Source: Alphaproteobacteria bacterium (GTDB taxonomy: Bacteria; Pseudomonadota; Alphaproteobacteria; MPNO01). Taken from it: a stretch of DNA of 64,000 bases. The notes under the pieces are model-generated. The model searched no databases. It was not told the DNA's origin and worked only from the letters and a program-made list of their open reading frames with translations. The stretch spans positions 160,001-224,000 of the forward strand of contig CBDFLJ010000001.1 of NCBI GenBank assembly GCA_965248835.1. Direction: 5' to 3'. The position numbers and the translations under genes were made by a program. Positions 49,822 through 58,518 of this stretch are shown here, piece by piece (position 1 is the stretch's first letter; each line of letters begins with the position of its first letter).

Positions 49822-52050
49822 ATGAGCGGCGTAGTCAAACAGCAACCGGAATCGTCAACCCAGGAGGTTCTGGCAGGCCTCGTCGAGCGCGTGACGTTTC
49901 ACAATGCCGATAACGGGTTCTGCGTTCTGAGAACCAAGGCCCGCGGCCATCGCGATCTCGTGACGGTCGTCGGCCATGCCGCCATGGTCTCGGCCGGAGA
50001 GTGGATTACGGCATCGGGGGAATGGATCAACGACCGCACCCATGGTCAGCAATTCAAGGCGCGCTTCATGCGCACCTCGGAGCCGTCCTCGATCGAGGGC
50101 ATCGAGAAATACCTCGGCTCCGGCATGATCCGCGGCATCGGCCCGGTCTACGCCGGGAAGATGGTCAGGGCGTTCGGCGAGCAGGTGTTCGATATCATCG
50201 AGGCGGAGCCGGAACGGCTCCGCGAGGTGACCGGTATTGGCCGGGTGCGCGCCAAGCGCATCACCGACGCCTGGGCGGAACAGAAGATCATCCGCGAGAT
50301 CATGGTTTTCCTGCACAGCCATGGCGTCGGCACGGCGCGCGCGGTGCGGATCTACAAGACCTACGAAGTGGATGCTGTTCAGGTCATGACCGAGAACCCG
50401 TACCGCCTCGCACGCGACATTCGCGGCATCGGGTTCAAGACCGCCGACGCGATCGCCATGAAGCTCGGCATCGAGAAGACGGCCATGATCCGGGTGCGCG
50501 CGGGGATTTCCCATGCGCTGACCGAGGCAATGGACGACGGCCATTGCGGCCTTCCCGCCGAAGAGCTTGCGCCGCTCGCCGTCGAATTGCTGGAAGTCCC
50601 AAACGAGTTGGTTCAGACCGCTCTGGACTTCGAACTGGCCGAGGGAACGGTGGTCGCGGACACGGTTGGCGACACCCCCTGTATATTCCTTGGCGGCCTG
50701 TACCGGGCCGAACGGGCGATTGGCGAACGGTTTCTGAAGCTCGCGGACGGCAAGCTCCCCTGGCCGGATATCGATGCCGGCAAGGCACTGCCCTGGGTCG
50801 AGGGGAAGACCGGCCTGTCGCTTGCAGCGAGCCAGGCCAATGCTGTTCGCCTGGCCCTGACTTCCAAGGCCATGGTGATCACCGGCGGGCCGGGCGTGGG
50901 CAAGACGACCATCGTCAACGCCATCCTGCGCATCCTGGCCGCCAAGGGCGTGGACCTGCTGCTGTGCGCGCCGACCGGCCGCGCCGCCAAGCGAATGACA
51001 GAGGCGACCGGGTTCGAAGCAAAAACGATCCACCGGCTGCTCGAAGTCGATCCCAGGGGCGGTGGGTTCAAGCGCGATGCAGACAGCCCTCTCGACTGCG
51101 GCCTGCTGGTCGTCGATGAGACCTCGATGGTCGATGTCATGCTGATGCAGGCGCTGCTGAAGGCGGTCCCCGACACGGCTGGGCTGCTGATCGTGGGCGA
51201 CATCGACCAGTTGCCCTCGGTCGGTCCGGGCCAGGTGCTGGCCGGCATCATCGACTCCGGCGCGGTCCCGGTCGTACGGCTGACCGAGGTATTCCGCCAA
51301 GCGGCGCGAAGCCGGATCGTCACCAGCGCGCACGGGATCAACCGGGGCGTCATTCCCGATCTTTCCAAGCCCCAGGGTGACAGCGACTTCTACTTCGTAC
51401 AGGCGGACGATCCGGAAACCGCGGTGCCGATGATCATCGAGTTGGTGAAGACGCGCATCCCGAAGCGCTTCGGGTTCGATCCGGTGCGCGACATCCAGGT
51501 GCTGTGTCCGATGAACCGCGGCGGTGCCGGCGCCCGCTCGCTCAACATCGAACTGCAGGCCGCCCTCAATCCGGCCGGCGAGCGCAAGGTCGAACGCTTC
51601 GGCTGGACCTTCGCGCCCGGCGACAAGGTGATGCAGATCGAAAACGATTACGACAAGGAAATCTATAACGGCGACATCGGCTATGTCGACGATGTCGATC
51701 CCGATGAAGGCGAGCTGACCGCGCGTTTCGACGGGCGCGCCGTCGCCTATGGCTTCGGCGAGCTCGACACGCTGGTTCCGGCATACGCCGCGACGATTCA
51801 CAAGAGCCAGGGCTCGGAGTATCCCGCCGTCGTTATCCCCCTCTTGACGCAACACTACACGATGCTCCAGCGGAACCTGCTCTACACCGGCGTAACGCGC
51901 GGCAAACGGCTGGTCGTGCTGGTCGGACAGAAGAAGGCGGTGGCCATCGCCGTGCGCAACGTCTCGGGGCGGCGGCGCTGGTCGAAGCTCAACGAGTGGC
52001 TGGTAACCGTTCCGCCAGGCCGTGATAGTCCAGACGGGCGGAGGCAATGA
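49822..52050 (+). CDS. RecD2-like SF1 helicase
   Basis: HhH repeats, TGGPGVGKT, VDETSM, GDIDQLPSVGPG, TIHKSQGSEY and YTGVTR. Confidence 0.93.
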   Translation: MSGVVKQQPESSTQEVLAGLVERVTFHNADNGFCVLRTKARGHRDLVTVVGHAAMVSAGEWITASGEWINDRTHGQQFKARFMRTSEPSSIEGIEKYLGSGMIRGIGPVYAGKMVRAFGEQVFDIIEAEPERLREVTGIGRVRAKRITDAWAEQKIIREIMVFLHSHGVGTARAVRIYKTYEVDAVQVMTENPYRLARDIRGIGFKTADAIAMKLGIEKTAMIRVRAGISHALTEAMDDGHCGLPAEELAPLAVELLEVPNELVQTALDFELAEGTVVADTVGDTPCIFLGGLYRAERAIGERFLKLADGKLPWPDIDAGKALPWVEGKTGLSLAASQANAVRLALTSKAMVITGGPGVGKTTIVNAILRILAAKGVDLLLCAPTGRAAKRMTEATGFEAKTIHRLLEVDPRGGGFKRDADSPLDCGLLVVDETSMVDVMLMQALLKAVPDTAGLLIVGDIDQLPSVGPGQVLAGIIDSGAVPVVRLTEVFRQAARSRIVTSAHGINRGVIPDLSKPQGDSDFYFVQADDPETAVPMIIELVKTRIPKRFGFDPVRDIQVLCPMNRGGAGARSLNIELQAALNPAGERKVERFGWTFAPGDKVMQIENDYDKEIYNGDIGYVDDVDPDEGELTARFDGRAVAYGFGELDTLVPAYAATIHKSQGSEYPAVVIPLLTQHYTMLQRNLLYTGVTRGKRLVVLVGQKKAVAIAVRNVSGRRRWSKLNEWLVTVPPGRDSPDGRRQ

Positions 52051-52295
52051 ACCGTTGCTGTGGGAGGAGATCGGTCGTGTGCGCGCATCGAACTCAGGGA
52101 ACGGCGGACGATTCCACGGCCTAACGGAACGGATACACTCGGGAAGGCCAACTCCGCCAGACCTGCACCATATTGCGCAGAACTTATAATGAATCCGCTT
52201 ACGGTATGCTTACGTCTTGCCATTAGCCGGCGCTCGCCGGCGAAGTTGGATATAAGAAAGCCCCTGAAAACTCCCTTGTTTTCATGGGCTTGATT

Positions 52296-52318
52296 TGGTT
52301 GCGGGGGTAGGATTTGAA
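52296..52318 (-). repeat. tRNA-fMet 3'-end copy (att-like), cut by the group II intron
   Basis: TGGTTGCGGGGGTAGGATTTGAA, one mismatch to 32573-32595; preceded by a related hairpin. Confidence 0.8.
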
Positions 52319-52570
52319 GTGCGTCAGGCTAACTGACAAAGGACAGGAGATGAAAGTTCTCCGGAACGAAGGATGAGCCGATCCACGTTTCTCCGCGAGC
52401 CGTGCGCCGGCAGCCGTGAGGTTGTCGGTGAAGCGTCGGTAGCGGCGCGTGTGGGCGGGGCTATTGAGCGCCGAAACCTACGCATTCGAAGTGCCGAGAC
52501 TCTTTCAAAGGTTGAAGGCAACACCGGTTGTGCTGCGATGGTCAGGGTCAGCGTCCGGCCGTCGACGGCC
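52319..52570 (+). ncRNA. group II intron 5' (domain I) remnant
   Basis: Starts GTGCG; GAGCCGTGCG..GTGAGG..GAAGCGTCG and CTATTGAGC..GAAA; EBS1 TTCAAA and EBS2 CCTAC are complementary to the upstream exon. No RT ORF; the 3' end is approximate. Confidence 0.78.
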
Positions 52571-52612
52571 GTAACCTCGCCGCCCTGTCCCGGGTGGGTA
52601 AAGTCGGGTGCT

Positions 52613-53560
52613 TCAGTAAAACATCCAGCAGCGGCCACGCTCTTCCCTGATGAATTCACGCCAGTCCGTCCTGCGGGAGAAAGCCTTGGCCAACGTGTTG
52701 ACGCTGTCGCTATATCCGGCAGCTTCCAGCACTTCCGCTGTCAGGCATTCCGGACTGCCTGCTAGCCAAGCCTCGTACAGCTGCCGAATGACTTCGCGCT
52801 GCTTCGACCCCGAAAACGTGTAACGCTTTCCGCGGACGGTGACCGAGGCGCCGTCGGCCGCCATGGTGATCAGATCGTTGCTCTGTTGGGAGCCCGATGC
52901 GACACGCGCCGCCAGAAGGTCGGAATCGACGACAAGCCCGGTGTGGTTGGCAACATCACGGACCGCGATAATCGAATGACCAAGGTGGACTTGCGCGAGC
53001 AGACGATCCGTTGGGGTCAGGCTGAGGACGATCCGCAACCCGGGTGCCGGGCGCGTGCCAACGGTTTCTACAAAACGGCGCCAGACCGTTGGGTCCGCAA
53101 GTCGGCGACCGACCCAGATCGGCACGCGTTTGCTGCGACCAGGTAGCCGAACCTCCCCCACTTCCCACAGCAGGCCGGGCACGAGCACCCTGGGCGAGGA
53201 CCTACTCGATAGATCCAGCCGATCAAGGAGTTGGTCGATTAGCTTGTCGAAGTCGACGCAAAACGAGGCCATCCGATCGCCCGGCACGGTCACCCAACCG
53301 GCTGACGGGCTGAAGTAGCCGTAGGACCGATGCTCGGGTGACCAGTCCAGATTGACCGGCTCGTCTTCGTGGTCCGCAAGCGAAACGGCTGCCCGCTGAT
53401 GGTCATTCGGCTGGAGGATGCCGTTCGCCTTGAGCGCCGGCGCCACCGCCCCGAAGTAGTCGTCGAGTGTCGAGCTGGTGACAATTGCGTCCGGCGTCTC
53501 GACGACCGACAGAAGGAAATCAACCGCCTGTTGGTCGAGACGTCTGTCGCGGTCAGACAT
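52613..53560 (-). CDS. hypothetical protein of an integrative element, with C-terminal wHTH-like region
   Basis: 315-aa ORF with protein-like composition, overlapping the upstream ORF. Confidence 0.65.
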   Translation of the reverse strand: MSDRDRRLDQQAVDFLLSVVETPDAIVTSSTLDDYFGAVAPALKANGILQPNDHQRAAVSLADHEDEPVNLDWSPEHRSYGYFSPSAGWVTVPGDRMASFCVDFDKLIDQLLDRLDLSSRSSPRVLVPGLLWEVGEVRLPGRSKRVPIWVGRRLADPTVWRRFVETVGTRPAPGLRIVLSLTPTDRLLAQVHLGHSIIAVRDVANHTGLVVDSDLLAARVASGSQQSNDLITMAADGASVTVRGKRYTFSGSKQREVIRQLYEAWLAGSPECLTAEVLEAAGYSDSVNTLAKAFSRRTDWREFIREERGRCWMFY

Positions 53561-54421
53561 CGCGGAGAATGCCCCAGCGGCGAAGGTACTTCTCGCCGAT
53601 CAGCTGCTCTTCCTCGGTCTGGTCTTTGAGATTGCAGCCATGGGGCATGGTGTTCGTTAGCGGGAGCGTCCGTCCCCGCTTGGCATCGCCTTTGGGCTGG
53701 AACTTGATGGTGAGCTTCGCCTGCGTCGCGATCCATCCGCCGGCCAGCGGATCGCCGGGCCCGAACCGTTCCGCCGACATACTCCAGATGGTGCGATCGG
53801 CCTTGCGCAGGCATTCGAGGGTGACGCGTTCGCCGACATTATCGATCGGCATGAGGCGGAGCTGCTTGACCTCGACGGATTCGATCCCGTCTTCCGGCTC
53901 GGTCGGGAAGTCATAGGGCCGCAGCAGGACTCCGAGATCGTAGTTGCGGAACGGCACCTTGTCGCTCTGGAACTCGATGCCGAGCAAGTCACGCGCCATG
54001 AAGCGCACCATTTCCCCCCGGCTCTCGCGGTCGTTGGCCACGACCTCGATGACGCCGGTCACAGGCTCGTAGGTCATCGCTGCCTCGAACACCGGGTGGC
54101 GGGCGCGCCGAACGAGGGCACCCCATCGTCGAACGCCAGGAAATCGTCCGGCAACCCTTCCCGATAGATCGCGATTTGCACCAGCTCGCAGTCCTCGCCG
54201 TCGAAGGTGGGCCGGTAGCGCCCGAAGATATCGATATGAATATTATTGGACGCGAATCGCTCGAGGAGCGCGGCCTTGAAGGCGTCGAGGGATGCCTCGT
54301 CACGGCGAAGGTCGAGGTTCGGGGCCCCGATGAAGCCGTCCCAACTCCGCCCGCGCCGACGCTCGTCGGTATAGCGGACCTCCTCGGCATGACGGAAGCG
54401 AACCGGTTCGTTGAGGAACAT
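53553..54421 (-). pseudogene. frameshifted, 5'-truncated hypothetical gene
   Basis: ORFs 54074-54421 and 53553-54092 read as one protein with a frameshift. Confidence 0.6.
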
Positions 54422-54429
54422 CCAGAGTG

Positions 54430-54885
54430 CGCGAGCGTATGGCGCAGGTCGTGAAGGCGAACATCCTCGATGCCGGCTTCCCGCCGGACCGGATACCAGA
54501 GCGGGAGGTTGGGACCACGTGGCCGGGCCAGGTCACGCGGCGATGGAAACACGAAAGAGCTTGGGCCTCGCGGCTGGCGCTCGAGGATGCGCCGGGCCTG
54601 TGTATTGAGAGGAACCGTTCTCGGCCCGGTTTTGCTGTCCGCCAACACAAGGATGTCGTCTTGGACCGCGGACCAGCGCAGGCGGAGGATTTCGCCCTTG
54701 CGGCACCCGGTCAGAAGCAGGAGACGGATGACGTCGGCCTGCTGCCGGCTGCTCTTTCGGGTTTGCCTGTCCAGCACCCGGTGCAGGCGGGCGATTTCCT
54801 CCCGCGACAGGAACCGCGTGTCGTAGGCGGCCTTGCGGCGCGTGAGCGCCCTGACGCGGGCCTCGGTGAGGGTAAGGTTGGGCAT
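54430..54885 (-). pseudogene. internally deleted tyrosine integrase
   Basis: N-terminal LTEARVRAL fused directly to RFLS..E, LLLTGCRKGEI, DSKTG and RLHDLRHT; the catalytic Tyr region is missing. Confidence 0.8.
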
Positions 54886-55041
54886 CTATGTCTCCCGGTT
54901 TCGGTTGCAGCCGGGGAACAGACAGTTGCAGAATCCGTTCCTGGCCGGCTTCGACGGGAGAGAAAAACGACCCTTCCTCAATGGGTTAGCACCGAAGGTG
55001 CGCCGTTGTGGTGTAAGAGCATCGAGCACCGCGCGGTGCGA

Positions 55042-55257
55042 TCAACCGGCGCGGGGGTCCTCATCCATATTCGAGAAATTCGTTATGACGACTTTGCCCT
55101 GCGGAAACTCGGCGACAATGTTCAACCACCCACCCATGGCCTCGATGTAGGCGCGGGGATTGGAGACATACATGTCCGCCCGTCGTTCTAGCTTGGCGAC
55201 GGCGGGTTGCTTGACGTTGAAGGCTTCGCCAAGCGCCCTCTGAGCCTTATGCCCCAT
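55042..55257 (-). pseudogene. XRE-family HTH (antitoxin-like) fragment
   Basis: KQPAVAKLERRADMYVS..RAYIEAMGG. Confidence 0.65.
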
Positions 55258-55411
55258 CCGGTGACACTCAGCTAGGCATGCCCCAAAAGCTTCTTTAATT
55301 CCAGGCGAGGACGCGCACGCGTTTGGCGAGGAGCGGAACCAAAAAATTACTCATTTACAGTTGATTACGATATCTATGACGGAAAAGGACATTGATAGAC
55401 TAGCATTGATT

Positions 55412-55462
55412 ATCAGACTGAAGGTCAGAAGGTCGTGGGTTCGAGTCCCGCCACTCCGACCA
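55412..55462 (+). repeat. tRNA-Pro-like 3' fragment (att-like)
   Basis: GTCAGAAGGTCGTGGGTTCGAGTCCCGCCACTCCGACCA with intact T-arm and CCA; anticodon arm degenerate, 5' half absent. Confidence 0.7.
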
Positions 55463-55742
55463 ATTAAACCTTTGGTCTTTGTATTTTGGAGTGGGCCTTC
55501 GGGGCGAACGGTTCAGCCCAAAGAAAGTGGCCGCATCGGTGGCCTTCCTCGCCGCCGCGGAATTGGGTTTCGCCACCGTGCAGGTCTATAATGTGGATGG
55601 CGGTCGTATGGCCAAGCTGAGATGGCCATAGGGTCGGATCCGGCAAGCCGGCCCGGACAGAGCCGCCTGAATTCGGTTGCGTTGGTGGGTAGTTAATCTA
55701 CACTCATCAATACTCACTTACTTCGAAATAAAGGAGATCTTA

Positions 55743-56159
55743 ATGAGCATTTCAAAAGAAACGGCAACCGGGTTCTATCATGCCTGCGAAAGCGGAAAAG
55801 GCTGGTCGGGTTGCGCTGAATTCTGTCATCCGGATGCGGGGTTTTCCGCGCAGGCTGGAGCCATTGCGGACATGAAATCTCTGGAAGCCTATTGCGACTG
55901 GATGGCGGGCGTTGTGACGATCATGCCCGACGCCAGCTATGACCTCAAAGCGGTCGGGACGGACGAAGAGAACGACAAGGTCACGATCTACGGGGTTTTT
56001 CACGGAACGCACACTGCCGATGGCGGTCCGGTTCCCCTTACTGGGAAGAAGACCGAATCCGACTATGTCTACGTGGCGGATATGCACGACGGCAAAATCG
56101 CACATGTTACCAAAATCTGGAACGACGGATGGACATTTTATCAGCTCGGGTGGGCGTAG
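55743..56159 (+). CDS. SnoaL-like / NTF2-fold protein
   Basis: AAGGAG RBS; FHGTHT..GGP.P.TGK...DYVY and KIWND. Confidence 0.82.
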   Translation: MSISKETATGFYHACESGKGWSGCAEFCHPDAGFSAQAGAIADMKSLEAYCDWMAGVVTIMPDASYDLKAVGTDEENDKVTIYGVFHGTHTADGGPVPLTGKKTESDYVYVADMHDGKIAHVTKIWNDGWTFYQLGWA

Positions 56160-56618
56160 CCTCTATTAGAGCATCTGAGGCGTCGGATTTTGGGTTGCGG
56201 TCCGCCACCGTTGACACATAGGCGCGCGGGTCGGCGCCTTGGTTCTACCGACGCCTTTGGGACTGTTCAGGCCATAACAACGCTTCGTTTGTAGCGATTC
56301 GGTGATGTAATCGCGTATCCGTATGGCGCTCCTTCCCGGTCGTCGGCACGGGGTGGCCACGAACGCATACCATCGCCAATAGCCGCCTCGACTTTGACCG
56401 CATCAACACCCCGATCGGTCCTCACCATGGCGGGCGGCGGTCCGGACGCATATCGTGCGAACGCCGGAACCGGGATGCCGGCAAGCAACCGGTTCGATTG
56501 CCGTTCGGAGCCTGCTGCGGAGCTTTCGGAAACATTTTAGTCCGTTTTGCAGCCCCCTTCGACTTCAGGCCGGACGGACTGCGGTGCGCACACTCGGATG
56601 TCCGCCACGATAATTTAC

Positions 56619-57695
56619 TTACCCTGCCGTGGCTCCGGATTCTTCTGCTTCCAGTGCGGCGAACAACTTGCGAATGCTCATCACCGCCTTGTCCGACTTG
56701 AGCGGGACTTCCGAATAGCCATCGTCGTCGTACTCGAACATCTTCTGTTGCTTCTCGAGCGCCCAACGATCCTCTTCGATTACCGTAGGGAAAGTCTCCG
56801 AGAATCTTGCCGCAACCGACTTCGAAGAATTGCCGGCGTGCTTGTAGTAAGCCGGTGAGTTGACGATCCAATGCCACTCAACATTCTCGCGATCGATAGG
56901 GAAATGTGTGTGATAGAGGACGTAACCGCGATCCTCTCCGGCACCCAGTTTCCCCGGCGGCGCCACACGAATTTCGACCCGCGTCAGTCCGGGGTTCATC
57001 ATATGGTGGGTGTGGTCGCGGTCGACGAGTTCATAGCCGAACCAGTCGACCATCATCGGCGGCTGCTTGTAGCCTTCCGCGTGCCTTATCGATTTGATCG
57101 TATGATTGCCGTCGATGATATCCTCTTCGAACCTAACGGGTATTCGGCTGTTTGCCTCGTCGCCGATATTACCGTCATGCAACGGATAGAAGTGCGTGAT
57201 ATCGAGAAGGTTCTCGATTACCAAGCGGTAATTCGCGTTCATCCGAATCGCTTCCGAGCTGACCGTATCCCAGTCGTCGCTGACGATTTCCGGCGTCCGT
57301 GGCGGGCGGCAGTTGCCGATCTTTACCGGGTCGCCGGGCCAGAGCCAAACGAGCCCCTCCTGCTCGATGACGGAATAAGGGCGCAGTCTTGCCCGTGCCG
57401 GGATCGGCCCATCGGGTTGGGACGGTATTTTAACGCAGGTCCCTTGGATATCGTAGCAAAGGCCGTGATACGCGCATTCCAGGAGGCCATTCTCCAGCAA
57501 ACGGCCGGCCGACAGCGGCATGCGCTTGTGCACACAGCGATCGTCGAAGGCGACAACCTCACCATCCGCAGCGCGCCACATGACGATCGGTTTTCCGCCG
57601 ATTACGCAACCCTGAAGGTCACCGACCGAGAACTCCGAAGTCAGTCCGGCCGCATACCAGGCGTTCACTATCAGACTGTTCGCGATCATGGTCAC
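56619..57695 (-). CDS. Rieske non-heme iron oxygenase alpha subunit (VanA-like)
   Basis: CVH...CAYHG, ENLLDITHFYPLH and EDRWALE. Confidence 0.92.
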   Translation of the reverse strand: MTMIANSLIVNAWYAAGLTSEFSVGDLQGCVIGGKPIVMWRAADGEVVAFDDRCVHKRMPLSAGRLLENGLLECAYHGLCYDIQGTCVKIPSQPDGPIPARARLRPYSVIEQEGLVWLWPGDPVKIGNCRPPRTPEIVSDDWDTVSSEAIRMNANYRLVIENLLDITHFYPLHDGNIGDEANSRIPVRFEEDIIDGNHTIKSIRHAEGYKQPPMMVDWFGYELVDRDHTHHMMNPGLTRVEIRVAPPGKLGAGEDRGYVLYHTHFPIDRENVEWHWIVNSPAYYKHAGNSSKSVAARFSETFPTVIEEDRWALEKQQKMFEYDDDGYSEVPLKSDKAVMSIRKLFAALEAEESGATAG

Positions 57696-57833
57696 CTCTC
57701 GATAGCTGGCGCACGCCGATGGACGAGCGATATGTTCTGCGATTGCGGCCCGATCCGCAACGCCGGTTGTGTCCCCGGAGATGGTGTAGGAGTTTTCGCT
57801 TCCCCGGTAGCTGTGGGTGACCGGCTCGCCGTC

Positions 57834-58393
57834 GGCACTGTCAGAGTAACTCGCCTTGAGCCGTGAAGAAAGCTCTCGTAACCTCCAGTGATGGTCAATC
57901 CCTTCCGTTATTTCAACAGCTCGCCCGAGGTAATCCGCCTCGCGGTGATGACGTATATCCGCTATCCGCTGTCGTTACGGCGGGGCCGCGAAGCCGCGCT
58001 CAGGTTTCTGAAGCGGGCTATGAAGCGCTATGGCCGGCCGGCCACGATCGTCACGGACAGGCTACAATCATACCAGGCAGCGATGAAGGTGATCGGCAAC
58101 GAGGGCAGCCGGGAAGACAGGCATTGGCTCAACAACCGGGCAGAAAACTCACATCGACCCTTCCGACGACGGGAACGCGCAATGGCCAAATTCAGGGACG
58201 TAAAAACTCTGCAGAAATTCGCCTCCGTCCATGCCTCGATCCACAACCATTTCGACCACCAACGCCATCTCAATCGCCGCGACATTTTCAAACAAGACCG
58301 AGCTGCTGCGCTGGCCGAGTGGAGGCAACTTGCAGCCTAAGGGGCCTTCAACTGAAGGTTCTGCAGCTCCAGGCCATTTAGTCTGACAATGCC
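57834..58393 (+). mobile_element. internally deleted IS6-family element
   Basis: IRs GGCACTGTCAGAGTAA / GGCATTGTCAGACTAA; YPLSLR fused to AALRFLK; IVTD and NNRAENSH. Confidence 0.85.
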
Positions 58394-58518
58394 AGCGCCG
58401 GGGGTTTTTCAGTAGCCTGTTGTGGGAGCGTTCAGAGACTCCGGCCGAAGTTTAACGTTTGCGGTCAGGCAATCCCCTCGACACAATCCGATAAGTCCCC
58501 TGCCGCAGGAGACGCCCA

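Noticed and set aside
53989-54885. 298-aa functional integrase
   Set aside because: Internal deletion, and the sequence after HDLRHT reads out of frame into another pseudogene.
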